Source: Cycas panzhihuaensis (taxonomy: Eukaryota; Plantae; Cycadophyta). From it: 64,000 nt of DNA. Made by a program: the position numbers and the translations under genes. How positions within the stretch are numbered: position 1 is the stretch's first letter; each line of letters starts with the position of its first letter. The notes beneath the pieces are model-generated. The model had not been told where the DNA came from. It was given only the letters and a program-made list of their open reading frames with translations, and ran no database searches. Location of the stretch: NCBI GenBank assembly GCA_023213395.1, contig CM041465.1:246581741-246645740 (forward strand). The letters run 5' to 3'. Below, piece by piece: positions 42,801 through 54,610 of this stretch.

Positions 42801-43274
42801 GTTTTTATGGATGTGGATGAAGAAGACACAAAATAAAATAAAAAAGTTACAACAAGCATTAAATGAAAGAAATTGTAATGTAAATTTGTATAATCTATTG
42901 TATTGACAACAAAGATAGAAGATAAATGAGAGAGTTATTATCTATACACCCCACTTGTTACGAAGATGGAAAATATAATAATCATTACAAGAATGGACAA
43001 CATGGAATATAAAAAATAAACAATGGAAAAAAAATATCCATACATGAGTGTGAAGTTATGATCTTCACTAACAAAGTAATGCCTACATGGCATAATCCTT
43101 TTTTTTCCCCTCTTTTGTACATCTAAGCTTCACCCCAATCTAAGTTTGTAAGGTTTAAGCTCACTAAATGCTTTATCTAGAATACTTTCTCAAATCAATA
43201 AATGTGTTCCCCATAAGAAAAAAACAATGGAGAAATTGGGGCGTGAGATTGTGGGGTCGGACCATAGACAGACG

Positions 43275-43299
43275 ATAATAATAATAATAATAATAATAA
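43275..43299. repeat. (AAT)n microsatellite upstream of the host gene
   Basis: About 8 units, visible directly. Confidence 0.9.
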
Positions 43300-43406
43300 A
43301 GGTAACAATAACGTCCTTCCCTCGCATATATTATGCTATTTAAATTCAAATGCAAGATATATATATATAGGAGGGGTAAAGGAGTACCGGGGTGAAGGTA
43401 GCCGTT

Positions 43407-43461
43407 GGGAGGGTTTGAGGGTGGGAGACACAGCACCAGGGCAGGCAGGGTGGGCGAAGGG
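43407..43461 (+). promoter_or_regulatory. Two tandem canonical G-quadruplex motifs in the probable 5' UTR
   Basis: GGG-A-GGG-TTTGA-GGG-T-GGG (43407-43425) and GGG-CAGGCA-GGG-T-GGG-CGAA-GGG (43439-43461). A (TA)n TATA-like run lies upstream at ~43357-43368. Confidence 0.6.
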
Positions 43462-43468
43462 TCGAACC

Positions 43469-43668
43469 ATGGCGAAGGCAATGGGTGATGATCAATCTGC
43501 CCCCAGGGTCTCCAGATTCTCATCACGCATTGATTCCGACGAGAACCTTAATCCCAACCTCCACAGTGAGACAGAAGAAGAAGATTTGTCTTCCACTAAC
43601 TCCTCTGATGATTCGACTGCAGATGCGTCCTCCCGGCTTTCCAAGCTCTCCATTAAAAAATCCGACGA
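43469..43668 (+). CDS. Host gene exon 1: acidic Ser-rich N-terminus, resembling plant SAP-domain / zinc finger CCCH 62-like proteins
   Basis: Kozak-like ACCATGG start, MAKAMGDDQS...SSRLSKLSIKKSD, donor GA|GTGAGT, and a CpG-retaining region unlike the surrounding TEs. The family call is from recalled motif similarity only. Confidence 0.75.
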
Positions 43669-44051
43669 GTGAGTACTTTTATTTCGTTACATTGCTCTGT
43701 TTTTATTGCCTCGGATGGGTTGTTATTTGGCTGGCCGGGTTTCGATCCGGATCATTCCCTATAAATTTCAGAGGGTCTGACCGAATGTAGTTAAGTGTTT
43801 CTTGATTCCCAAAATAAGAACGGTATCATGGCATTTTCCGTGTTGTGCTTATATAATTCATCAATTGATTGATAGCTTAGTTTGGCTGTTTATATATGTA
43901 TTGTTTTTTGTCTTCTATTTATTTATTTATTTGTTTAAAGGTTTTCCTGACGTGTAGCGTTTTGTGTGTTTGTTTAATAGTTTAGTCTGCCTGTAAGATT
44001 TTTTATTATTTTTTGTTGATCTGGATAAAATGTGTGTGTTGGATACAACAG

Positions 44052-44164
44052 CGAAGAAGGCAGTGAGTCGAGCGATGGCGATTTGGAAGATCAGGATGCT
44101 CAGATACCTGCTTTGAATGAGAAGGACGAGAAATCTTATGCTGAAATTGAGACGCTTATAGAAG
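44052..44164 (+). CDS. Host gene exon 2
   Basis: Acceptor CAG| and donor AAG|GTTGGT. The phase matches exon 1 (200 + 113 nt) and gives DEEGSESSDGDLEDQDAQIPALNEKDEKSYAEIETLIE with no stop. Confidence 0.75.
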
Positions 44165-45554
44165 GTTGGTTTTGTTTTGTTTTGCGCAAGGGAGTTTGAC
44201 TGGCAGTAGAGCTGGACTTTATTTTTTTTTTTTACAATTTCTTTCAAATGTCTCCTGTATTGGATGCAATGTTAGCAGTGGTAAAATTTAAAAACTATGA
44301 TATTTTCTAGATTGTTTTCAAAATAGAATTAGAAATATTTACCGAGGCTGAGAGGGTACAAGCCCTTAAGGGCAGGGCATCCCCTGCTTTCCAATTGTAC
44401 CGTCGCAAAGCAATATCCAGCCTCGTAAGGGCTTCTAACATTACAAAACAATAAAAATGACTTTCCTTAACGGTCATATTCGTGATAATGAAAGCAATTG
44501 TCTGGACAAGTTTAAGTGGCTACCCTAAACTTTTGTTTGCCTGTTATTCTTCTGCATCCCTTCTAATAGTTCAGACTTGAAGAATTGAAGGATGCGGTTT
44601 GCGTGTAATTAAGTTGCGTTCACTTAGCGTATCTGTTTAGGGCCGAACAACCGAAATAAATTTTATATTTCGAGAGCAAAACTAATAACGATAAACGAGA
44701 TGCCTTTATTGGGAATATTTAATAGGTCTCTGTGTTTTGTATGTATTTGATTGCCTAGTCATGGTGGACTTTGGCTAGTCATGGTGCACTTTACCCATAG
44801 TGGACTGTGGCTGGTCACGGTGCATCTCGGCTGTTGACCTTTCTGGGCCGGGAGGTACCTTTCTTTATAGAAAGCTACTTCTTGTGAAGGAAGCTCAGCG
44901 TCATTTCGTTAGTGTATTTTGTACAATATACTATTTCCCTAGCCGCATGGGTTCTTTGTCGCTCATCTATCGTACCTGCATTTATCACATCCACATTTTA
45001 TACTTTCACGCCCATATTTTAGCATTCCTCAAATGCACCAGCATTCAATGCACTTGCACCAGCATTCAATGCACTTGCGCCCTGCTGTAGTTTTGCACCA
45101 TAGGTGCCTAAATAGTATGCAATGCAACTTTCATTTACGTCATATGATATGGAAAGCTTACTATATGATATTGTATTGAATATTTGAAGTAGCTAGAAAC
45201 GTTGGACTAGAGTGAATATAGATATAATATTCTTTAAAATTTTTGGGTATTGGGTTACGAGAAAAGTAAGGTTTTCAAGAAATACACACAAAAAAGACGG
45301 ATATTTTAGACACATCAAGATTCAAATTTGGAATCAATTTGAAATATTTCAAATCTAACTTTTAATGAACTAAATTAAAATCACAATTTATCAACATTCA
45401 CATAACACAAAATTTTATAAATAACAGAAAATGAGATTGGCAATGAAAATCTTATGATTGTATTCATGTTTTCTCGTTAAAGGCAACTTTGGTGTCAACG
45501 ACATTTTTTATCTTCAAAATTATATAGAGGATCATGCAAAGCAATATGAGGAGG

Positions 45555-45848
45555 GCCTCATGGGGCTGGGTGGATTGGTAAGATGTGGCGATTATCAAGG
45601 AGAGACCCAGGTTCAAAACTCATGAATGCAAGTCACTTCACAGGGAAGTAGTCTGACCGGCGTCTGCTGCTGCAAAGAAAGTAGTTCGACTAAAGTTCGT
45701 TGAGTGTGCGCCAGCTGTACGATGGCGGTATGAACTCCAAGCGTAGCCAGTACAAAGGCAGTACAAAAACCTAGATCCCGAGAGTTCCTCTTATTTCGGA
45801 ACTTTGTACCAAGGGTGGCTAGAGGTTCTCTAGATATCAAAAAAAAAA
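45555..45848 (+). mobile_element. tRNA-derived SINE
   Basis: A-box-like GGGCTGGGTGGATTGG, B-box GGTTCAAAACTC (~45610), poly(A) at 45839-45849, and TSD ATGAGGAGG on both sides. Confidence 0.8.
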
Positions 45849-46229
45849 ATGAGGAGGATCATTGTCTTTAGGATCATCTAGTGGTAGAATTGGTGGGTCT
45901 AGGGCAACTAACACATTTTTTTAGAGCTAACTCTTGCTTTTCAGGACTCACATTTCATAAATATGAAGTCCCTTGTGTATCTTATTTCTTGTTTAAGATA
46001 AAAGGCAACAATTTGTGTGTATATACACTAGATGTTCAAACCTTTTTAAATCCAACTTGTTTTTTTTCATTTAGTGGATTAATCCATAGTTGATTTAATT
46101 CTTTTCAATTGTTGAGTTTTCCATATGTGAATGAACATGCATGGCAAATGATTGGAGAACCATAATAATTCCATCATTTGTTATGATATATTTTAGCTTT
46201 GTTTTTCAATGATTGTAGATTTTTTTATT

Positions 46230-47070
46230 TCCATAACGAATGGACATAGAAGGCATCTTCATAACAATGTCTTAATTCATCTCTCCAACCCATTCTTTGT
46301 CTTCTTAAATAAACTTATTAGGTTATCCAAGATGTACCTACCCTAGACAAAAACCTAGTTAAGTCTAGGTGAATAATGTTTAGAAGGTTATGTATGATTT
46401 GTGGGGTAAAATACCTAGCAAGGATTTTATAGGAGAAAATGTGTAGTATGATGGCCTCTAATGGGTAATAAGTTTTGGTTCTACAACAATGAGGATTAGT
46501 TTGATGTTACCATGGTTGCTTTTATGGTCTAAAGTGCTTATGGCTAAAGCCTCTTTATAAACATTGAGAAGGATAAGGCTAGTAGAGTCGTCGGTTGCTC
46601 TTTGGATCTCATAGGGGAAGCCATATGTTTTAGGAGATATTTCATTATCCATCTCATTCAAGGCCAAAGAGAGCTTATCTGGGGATTAGGGCCATGATAC
46701 TCATTCTTGTGGAATATAATAATCTTATGGGGAACACATTCTATGCAAATTAGGAGGGCATCTAGGGCCTCATCATTGTGCTCTTGGGCTTGAAACACTT
46801 TGTAGCAGTGGGCAATAGATTCATTTATAATTTTAGGTTGAGAGGTGGCTCTAATTGAATTAATTTTAAGTGTCAAAATGCTTTTTGTGTATTGCCTTTT
46901 CCCAAAAGCTTGGGAAAAAGACTTGGAGTATTGATCTCCCTCTTTAATCGAGTGTAACCTACCTCAAATTTGAGTATGTTTAGCCCTTTTGAGGTTAGGT
47001 CTCCTCTAATTGTGAACCAATTTGTTAACTCTTGTTTGTAAAACTTCATCATTATGTTGGTTGGTTGATA
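46230..47070 (-). mobile_element. Decayed L1 LINE ORF2 fragment
   Basis: ISPKTYGFPYE (KSPGPDGFP-like, ORF 46458-46667) and GRYILDN (~46323-46345). Confidence 0.7.
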
Positions 47071-47232
47071 TTAGACTTTTAGAAATTTCATATTTGACTT
47101 TTTCTAAATATTGGCAACTTGTCTACCATATGCTTTATGAGACAAGGTCATTCTACTCATTCACATCTAACCATTTCCTAATACTGGCAACTTGTCTACC
47201 GTACTCTTTAGAAACAAGGTTCTGCTCATTAT

Positions 47233-47514
47233 TGTTGGACTATGGCTGGTTCACTTGCCGAGGAGTCCTCTTCCTAAATCACCCGCGGGCTTTTGGTGTA
47301 ACAGCAAGTCATAAGCAGTATCAGAGTGACGGACAAAGCCCCTTTCCCTAATGGGGTCTCCATGCACCCCCAATTCAGGTGGAATTATAACACAGATGAT
47401 ATGTGCTATGGCGGCCTTCTCGTCACGGGGGAGTGTTGGACTATGGCTGGTTCACTTGCCGAGGAGTCCTCTTCCCAAACCACCCGCGGGCTTTTGGTGT
47501 AATGGCAAGTCACA
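47233..47514 (+). mobile_element. Miniature LTR retrotransposon (TRIM/SMART-like), 282 bp
   Basis: 81-bp LTRs at 47233-47313 and 47434-47514 (TG...TA and TG...CA), PBS-like AGCAGTATCAGAGT, PPT GGGGGAG, and TSD ATTAT/ATTAC. Confidence 0.85.
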
Positions 47515-48749
47515 ATTACTTCCTCCCACTATGTGATTTGCCTAGTGGGTCCCAAGGGTTGAGGACTAAGGTACCAAACTTGCTAATTACTCTAGAGCCA
47601 AATTGGAAAGCTTAGGTGGGAAACATTGAGTTTGAATACTATTCTAATAGGCTTCTCTATTCTCCTCCCCCCATGTGATAACAAGCTTGATTGGGTGGTG
47701 ATCAAACAATGCAACATTTTTTATAAGTTGGATTAAATATCCATTGAGAGCATTGACTCTAAAACTTGAGTCATCAGATATACATGGCCTAAGTTTTAGA
47801 GTCAAATGACCTATTGGTGCTCATAGGTCTAACTTTGAAGTTGTGAAACAAAGGTTACAAAGGAAGAGAGCCTTTTGCATTTTTGCGAATGACCTAGCGA
47901 GTGGGACCCTTTAGACATCAAATTGTGAAGCTGCAAAAACAAAGAATGCGAGTAATAGGCTCCTCACAATTTTGTAAATGGATCATTGAGCGGGATTAGA
48001 GTAATTAAGTTACAAAGTGGCGAAGTGATGTCCTAGGTGACGAGTCTTTTGCAAATTCGCACATGTCAACGTGGATCGAGTTGCGAAATAAGACTTAAGA
48101 AAGGAAATTCTTCGCAACTTTACAAGTGGGCCATGTGGAAAATGGGCATTAGGCCACATTAATCCCAAGATCATAAGTACAATCACAATACTATAAATGC
48201 ATGAAAGCATGAAAGCATAAAGAGCACAAACTGAAATATGAGCAAGAGAAAATGATACCCAATATATGGAGTTGGAATTGGTCCAACCTCCCAAGAAGAA
48301 AACAGTTTGATTAGCAAACTGATAGCATAACAATATAGCTCCAACTCTCTTTATGAGACAATGAGGAGAGGTCTCTTTATATAGAGTGAAATGAGAGACC
48401 TAAGGCCTTGGATGTTTGACAAGTGTCAAACATCCAAGATACATGACTTGGATCATGAGCAAAAGTGCTTGGATCCTCACCTAAGGCCTTGGATGTTTGA
48501 CAAGTGTCAAACATCCAACATACATCACTTGGATTACTCAAAAAGGTGCACGAGGGTCCATTGACCCTTTAGTGACAACGTTGTTTCACTAGAAAGAATG
48601 TGGGTGTGCACTTTATCACTTAAGTGATAAGTCACCCCTAAAGTATAAAGTGCATATATTACATGAAAAATAAAAGTACATTCACTTAACATTTAAACAT
48701 AAGGTTTAACACCCCCTTCTTGTTTACAATGTTAAGTCGGACCAAGACC

Positions 48750-51700
48750 ATCTCTAAATTTTACAAATTTGTCTCTACCAAGTGGCTTGGTAAAGATATG
48801 TCTGTCGTCTGTTGCTCTGTTGGTCGATATTGAAGTGTGATCTCACCACCGTACATGCTCCACGATGAAATGGTGGTGAACTTCAATATGCTTGGTCCGT
48901 AACGTGGAAAAGCGATTCTTAGTTAGCTTGAGGACACTCGATTGTCACAATGAAGGTCGGTGCTTCTGCTGAAATCCAAGCTCACCAAGAATCCGTCGAA
49001 GCCAGATAGCCTCACAAGCTGACTGCAGACTTTGTACTGCCGATGGAGGACAAGGTAACATTTGGTTGCTTCTTGCAACTCCATGAAACATTCTTGAACC
49101 AAGGGTAAAAGCAGTAACTTAGGTAGATTTCACCTATCTTGGCATCACCTTGTCGAATCGAGAGAACCCCTCCAAAGTGAAGTTCTCCTTATGTACATAC
49201 TCAAGTCCAAGCTGCAATGTTCCTTTGATATACTTGAGTATGCGTTTTGCTGCATTCCAGTGTATCTGATTGGGTTGAGACATGTAACGTGAGCAAATCC
49301 CAACAGCAAATGAAATATCTGGCCGAGTGTTGGTGAGATAAATGAGACTCCCAATCAACTGCCGGTAAAGTGTGGGATCTGCTGGTTCAGCTTCCTCATT
49401 AAGAGAAAGCTTGGTCTTGGTTCTCCATGGGTGTAGGCGTGACATCTTTGCGATCGTGCATCCTGAATCTCTGCAAGATGTCCCAAGAATATTTTGCTTG
49501 GGAAATGAAGATATAGCCTGGCTGCTGCCATACCTCAAAGCCTAGAAAGTAATGGAGAAGTCCAAGATCAGTCATCTCAAAATTTCTCTTCAAATCATCT
49601 TGGAGAACATTGATGAGCTTAGTGTCATCACTCGTGATCACTAAGTCGTCTACATACAAGGCAATATAAGTGACATGGTGATGTTCATGTTTGATGTACA
49701 AGTTTGGATCAGATGTGGATTGATGAAACCCATGTCTCAAAAAGTATTCATCGATTTTTGCGTACCATGCCCTAGGAGCTTGCTTCAAGCCATACAAAGC
49801 CTTCTTGAGGCGACATACTAAATGCTCCTTGCCTTGTTCCTTGTAACCAGGAGGTTGCTCCAAGTATACCTCCTCTTGAAGATCGCCCGTTGAGGAAGGC
49901 GCTCTTCACGTCCATCGATATCTGACCCATTTGCATTGTGCGGCTAAGGCCAAGAGAAGTCTCGATGGTGTTCATGTTTGCTACACATTTGCAAAGGTCT
50001 CCTCGTAATCAATTCCTTCTTTTTGTTTAAACCCTTTGCTACAAGTCTAGCTTTACGTCGCTTGAGTGTCCCATCGAATGGAATTTGGTCTTGTAGACCC
50101 ATTTACAACCGATTACTGTTTGTGTGGAGGCAATTCGACCAAGTCCTAAGTACCATTCTTGTGAATGGATTGAATCTCCTCATCCATGGCAACTTTCCAA
50201 CTATCACTTTGTGAAGCCTCGAAAAGGTAGTAGGCTCATCAATAGAAAGCACTTGACCATAAGTGCAAAGTTTGTTTTCTTAGAAACTTTGATGGACGTT
50301 TCCTTCAATGATTTGACCATCTGTCTGCAGTTTGAGTGTACCACTTAGGTAACCACGAAATGATGTGGCATGAACCTCAATATCTTCTGGTCTAAGTGTA
50401 GGAGCAGTAGAAGATGAAGTGGAAGGTTCAAGTGGAGCAAATGAAGATGAAGTAGATGGTACGAAGGTGCGGATGAAGAACATGGTGTGTAAGATTGAGG
50501 GAGGAAGTCCTCAACAATCTTTTTCCCTTTGTCAATGGGGGTTGGATTGATGCCATATCCAACTCTTTTTATCATCCTCAACAAAGATTACATCTCTTGA
50601 GAGATGCATTTTCTCCCAATTGGATCATACAACTTGTAGGCTTTGCTATGGATTGCATATCCTACAAAGATGCATTTAAGGCTATGTTTGTCCAACTTAG
50701 TTCTTTGTTGATCCGGTATGTGCATATCTGCAGACACCCAAATGTCCTCAAATGGTGATAGTTGGCTTCTTTCCGGACCATGCCTCCTCGGGTGTGATAT
50801 TGGTGACTTGTTGTAGGACTTGATTAGCCACATAGGCGGTAAGAAATGCTTGACCCGATAAGCTCTTGGAAGCCCTTTTGCATGCATCATTGTTCGCTTT
50901 ATTAGCCAATGTTCTATTCATCCTTTCGGAGACTCCATTTCTTTGAGGAGTATGAGGAGTCGTGAGTTGTCTCCGAATTCCATTATCCTTGAAAAATTGG
51001 TTGAATTCATTTGAAGTGAATTCACCTCCATTATCGACCTTAATGTGCCAATTGAGTAGCGATTCATTTTCTATACGCCTTGAACTCTTTGAACTTGGAG
51101 AAGGCTTGATTTATGCTTTAGGAAGTAGACCCGGACTTTGTGAGAGAAGTCATCAATAAAAGATATGTAGTACAATGCTCCTCCAAAGGAGTGGGTGGAC
51201 ATGGGTCCACACAAGTGCGAGTGAACTAATTGCAAAGGATAAGATGCACGCCATGCTTTGCCTTTAGGAAAAGGCACGGTAGATGTTGTGTCCCCATTAT
51301 GCAAGCTTCGCATAAAGACATTTTGAACCATACATCTTTGGAAGCCCATACACCATGCGTTTGTATGTCATCGCTTGATTGTCTAGGCTTAAATGTCCTC
51401 GACGTTGATGCCATAAGCGAATTTTGACAAAGATGTGGAACCAAAGTAAGCGAATTAAGAGTAATATTATTGGCATCCAACTTGTAAAGACCTTGATCCT
51501 CATAGGCTACGGTATGATCGATCATCTTTGTCACAAATAATACATTTCCCATTTTAAATAGTACGCTCATGTGTTGCTTGTTCATCGGCTAACAGAGAGC
51601 GATTCTTCTCCATAGAAGGAATGAAGTAGGCATCACTTTGTTGGGAAATGATGAGGAAGGATTTTGAGGAGAATGAAAATGAGCTATGGTGCCTATTCAC

Positions 51701-51790
51701 GAAACCTCAAGCGATTCGGAGATTTCCAAAGGTCACTAAATGACCTTTACCTTCCTTGATGTTGCATAGGAGTTCTTCACTCCCCTGTCA
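48750..51790 (-). pseudogene. pol: pol (PR-IN-RT-RH) of element F, frameshifted as assembled
   Basis: LVHSHLCGPM..FIDDFS, KLDKHSLKCIFVGY, MDVKSAFLNG, LKKALYGLKQAPRAW, LYVDDL and TRPDISFAV occur in shifting frames. Confidence 0.9.
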
Positions 51791-52867
51791 TATGTCGAGT
51801 AGCTCTGAATCGACAATCCAAGTGTTGTCAACCTTGGATGATTGGTATGCACAAAGTAGTTTGTCGTCATTGGCAAACTGATTATAATGGCGTTGGTAGC
51901 CACTTCTTTGACCCCCCCCTCCTTGTGGACCTCCTCGATAGGCACCTCGATTTGGTCGAGGGGGGAAGCTTCTTCTTGATTTGTTGTTGGAACCTCTGTT
52001 GAAACTGATGTCGTGGCTGTTGATGTCTTTGACCACATGGTGCTTCTTTGTCTTTGACCACATGGCTTGTCTTTGAAGATCTGCTTGCTTCTTTCTGCAC
52101 TCAGGTGCAATGTGGCCAGGAATGCCACAATAATGGCATCGACATTGGATTTGGAAGATCCAATGTTCATATTTCAAACCGCTTTGTGAATGCGGTTTTG
52201 GATTTTGATTTGTCTTGGCCCTTGCTGTGAAAGCACCTGATGTAGATGGTTCTTCATTATCCTTAGCATAGATTTGTTCTTCTTGAAGCAATAAGCTTTC
52301 AAGTTGATTGGTATCATCCTTTAGTGAACCATCTCGTGTAGTTGATGATATAAAGCCGTTGTAGTCCTTTGGCAATGCTTTTGTGATGGAGGCTATGATT
52401 TCATCTCTTGTAGCTGGACTACCTAAAGTGGTTAATTCATTACAAACCTCCTTAACAGAGGACATGAATGCCGACATTGGCCTTACAAATTTGATGGTGT
52501 ATAATTTAGCTTTTATCATCAAAATGCGAGTTTCATCTCGCCTTTCATACAAAGAGGACAAGGTGTCCCATGCTTCTTTAGAAGATAGTGCAGAAGTAAT
52601 ATTTTGGTCTACATGTATGTCCACAACCATACGAATGAAAGCCAAGGCAATTTCGTCTTTGGCCTCCCATGCAGCAACAAGTTGAACATCCACATGTGCA
52701 GGTTGATTATCATTAACCACAAGTGTAGGATTGGGGATTCTTCCAGAAACATATCCCCAGAACTCATTCATTATCAAGAGATTTTTTGTGATTCTTTTCC
52801 ATTCTTGATAATTTGATTGCCCCGTTAGCCTTATGGTACAAGCATTAAGCATATTTATGGCAGCCAT
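51788..52867 (-). CDS. gag: Gag (plus start of protease) of element F
   Basis: 359-aa ORF with LTGQSNYQEW, SKEAWDTL, the zinc knuckle CHYCGIPGHIAPEC, and WIVDS at the end. Confidence 0.9.
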   Translation of the reverse strand: MAAINMLNACTIRLTGQSNYQEWKRITKNLLIMNEFWGYVSGRIPNPTLVVNDNQPAHVDVQLVAAWEAKDEIALAFIRMVVDIHVDQNITSALSSKEAWDTLSSLYERRDETRILMIKAKLYTIKFVRPMSAFMSSVKEVCNELTTLGSPATRDEIIASITKALPKDYNGFISSTTRDGSLKDDTNQLESLLLQEEQIYAKDNEEPSTSGAFTARAKTNQNPKPHSQSGLKYEHWIFQIQCRCHYCGIPGHIAPECRKKQADLQRQAMWSKTKKHHVVKDINSHDISFNRGSNNKSRRSFPPRPNRGAYRGGPQGGGGQRSGYQRHYNQFANDDKLLCAYQSSKVDNTWIVDSELLDI

Positions 52868-53974
52868 CTTTCCACTTGAGTAACACTTGAAGCTAGCAGA
52901 TAACTTGGAAACTTCAAAAGCTTTGTCGCTTAAGACCCATCTTCAAACAACATCACTAGTCCTGATCTTACAAGAAGATCCAACAACCAATGGGGTGAAG
53001 AGAGGTGGAGGACTACGCTAATGAGGTGGAGGACCAAGTTAAATCTAGGACAAGGCGGTAGGGTTGATGCATGGACGTACCATGCTTTCCACAGGATTCA
53101 CACATTGATAACACCCTTTTCGAACCTCCTTTCCCTCAAGCAACCTTAATTGTCGTGCACTTGACTGCATTCGGTTGGTCCCCTAGGGAATGCACCAAGC
53201 TAGGTTAATTCGGAGGCAAGGTTTGAACCTTTTCGAGCCTCTCCAGCAGTTTTAAATTCACTTTTAAACAAGTGTAAGTGAATCTTCTTACTTGGATATT
53301 TTATGCCTTTTTGGCTTACAAAGAATGAGCACAAAAGCAGTTTCAAGTGCTTTAGATCCAAGTGAGGTGCTATGTATGCTTGAGTACAATGATAAAGTAC
53401 TTTGAGTACTTAAAGCGATGTAAGGAACCTTTGATGACAAAAGAGGGTTCCTTTTAAGCTCCAAAATCGATGAAATGATGAAATGTACTCAAGAAATTGT
53501 TCCAAAGTCCAACACAAACTCCACAGCAATTGTTGAGACTTAAAATGTCTCAACAATCCAACAAGAAAAAGGTGATTTTATTACTTTTCACAATGAGCCT
53601 TCCTTTTGAGGCGAAGAAGGTCAAGGTCACCATGCAAGGTGCCAAAAACTGAAGTTAGGTGGTAATTTTCTTCACCTTTACAATGAAAATATTCCTCTTG
53701 ATCACAATAATTAAGCCCAATGATGCTTTAATAGTATGAAAGTGTGAAAAAAAGCTTAAAACAGTAAGTACACAAGTACTTTTTTGAGAATCAAGAGTGC
53801 CAATGTAAAAAACAATTTTAAGTAAGCCCAGCTATAAAGACTTAAAAGTCTTTTAAAATTTCCCCCCCTTGAGAAATTTAAACAAGAATTTCTTAAAATC
53901 TTTTAAAAGAAATTAATTCTAATGAGCATATTGATCAAAATATGCTAAAAAAAAGATTCTATTTTCCATTCTTT

Positions 53975-54610
53975 GAGTTGGCGGAATTCTGAGTTGGCGG
54001 CCAATCTTTGGTGGAATACTACATTGGGCGACCAATGTGTGGTGGTGGCGGCTTGAATGTCGGAATCTTCGAGTTGGCGGACCGAATGTGTTGGAATCTT
54101 CTTGAGTTGGCGACCGAATGTGCTAGAATCTTTCTGAGTTGGCGACCTTGAATGTCTTGGTATCTTTGAGTTGGCGACCGAATGTCTTGTATCTTCTTGA
54201 GTTGGCGACCGAATGTGCTAGAATATTCTTTGAGTTGGCGACCGAATGTCTTGAAATCTTTGAGTTGGCGACTAAATGTGTCTTGATTTGGACCAAGCGT
54301 GTCTTGATTTGGCACTTGAAAGTGTCTTGATTTGGCGGTGAATGTCTTGATTTGGCTAAATGTGTGCTGATTTGGCACTTGAAGAGTGTCTTTGGCGACT
54401 TCTTTGGAAAATGTTGGATTGTTGATGTGGACCTTGAGTTGGCGATTCTTGATGTGACTCCAGGGGCTAAGAGCTAAAGCTGCAGGAGCCGGATCAAGTG
54501 TATCTTGGTGCTTAATGAAAGCAGCAATGCTAGGCGCTTAGTTAGCGTGATCAAGTCTTCAGGCCGATTAAAGTGGTATCTTGACTCGGTGAGGAAGAGG
54601 CGAGTTGGCG
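53975..54610. repeat. Tandem array in the 5' leader of element F
   Basis: 11 copies of GAGTTGGCG, seven of them at 30-33 bp spacing (54071-54270), followed by ~20-bp units built on TCTTGATTTGG. Confidence 0.9.

Noticed and set aside
43173-43790. Alternative ORFs around exon 1 (43173-43526 minus, 43485-43790 plus)
   Set aside because: One contains microsatellite-derived poly-Tyr and the other runs into intron sequence. Only the 43469 frame splices in phase to exon 2.
44343-44425. Hammerhead ribozyme
   Set aside because: CUGAGA is present, but there is no GAAA after stem II and no suitable stem III.
44570-44608. FRLEELKDAVCV* as a possible exon 3 (resembles LEKLKVDQC)
   Set aside because: Neither nearby AG gives the required phase, and a stop follows immediately. 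It is coincidence or at best a relic.
45563-45625. tRNA gene
   Set aside because: No complete cloverleaf. It is the head of a SINE with poly(A) and a TSD.
53975-54460. CRISPR-like appearance of the GAGTTGGCG array
   Set aside because: The intervening sequences are variants of one another rather than unique spacers, there are no cas genes, and the array lies inside a eukaryotic Copia leader.
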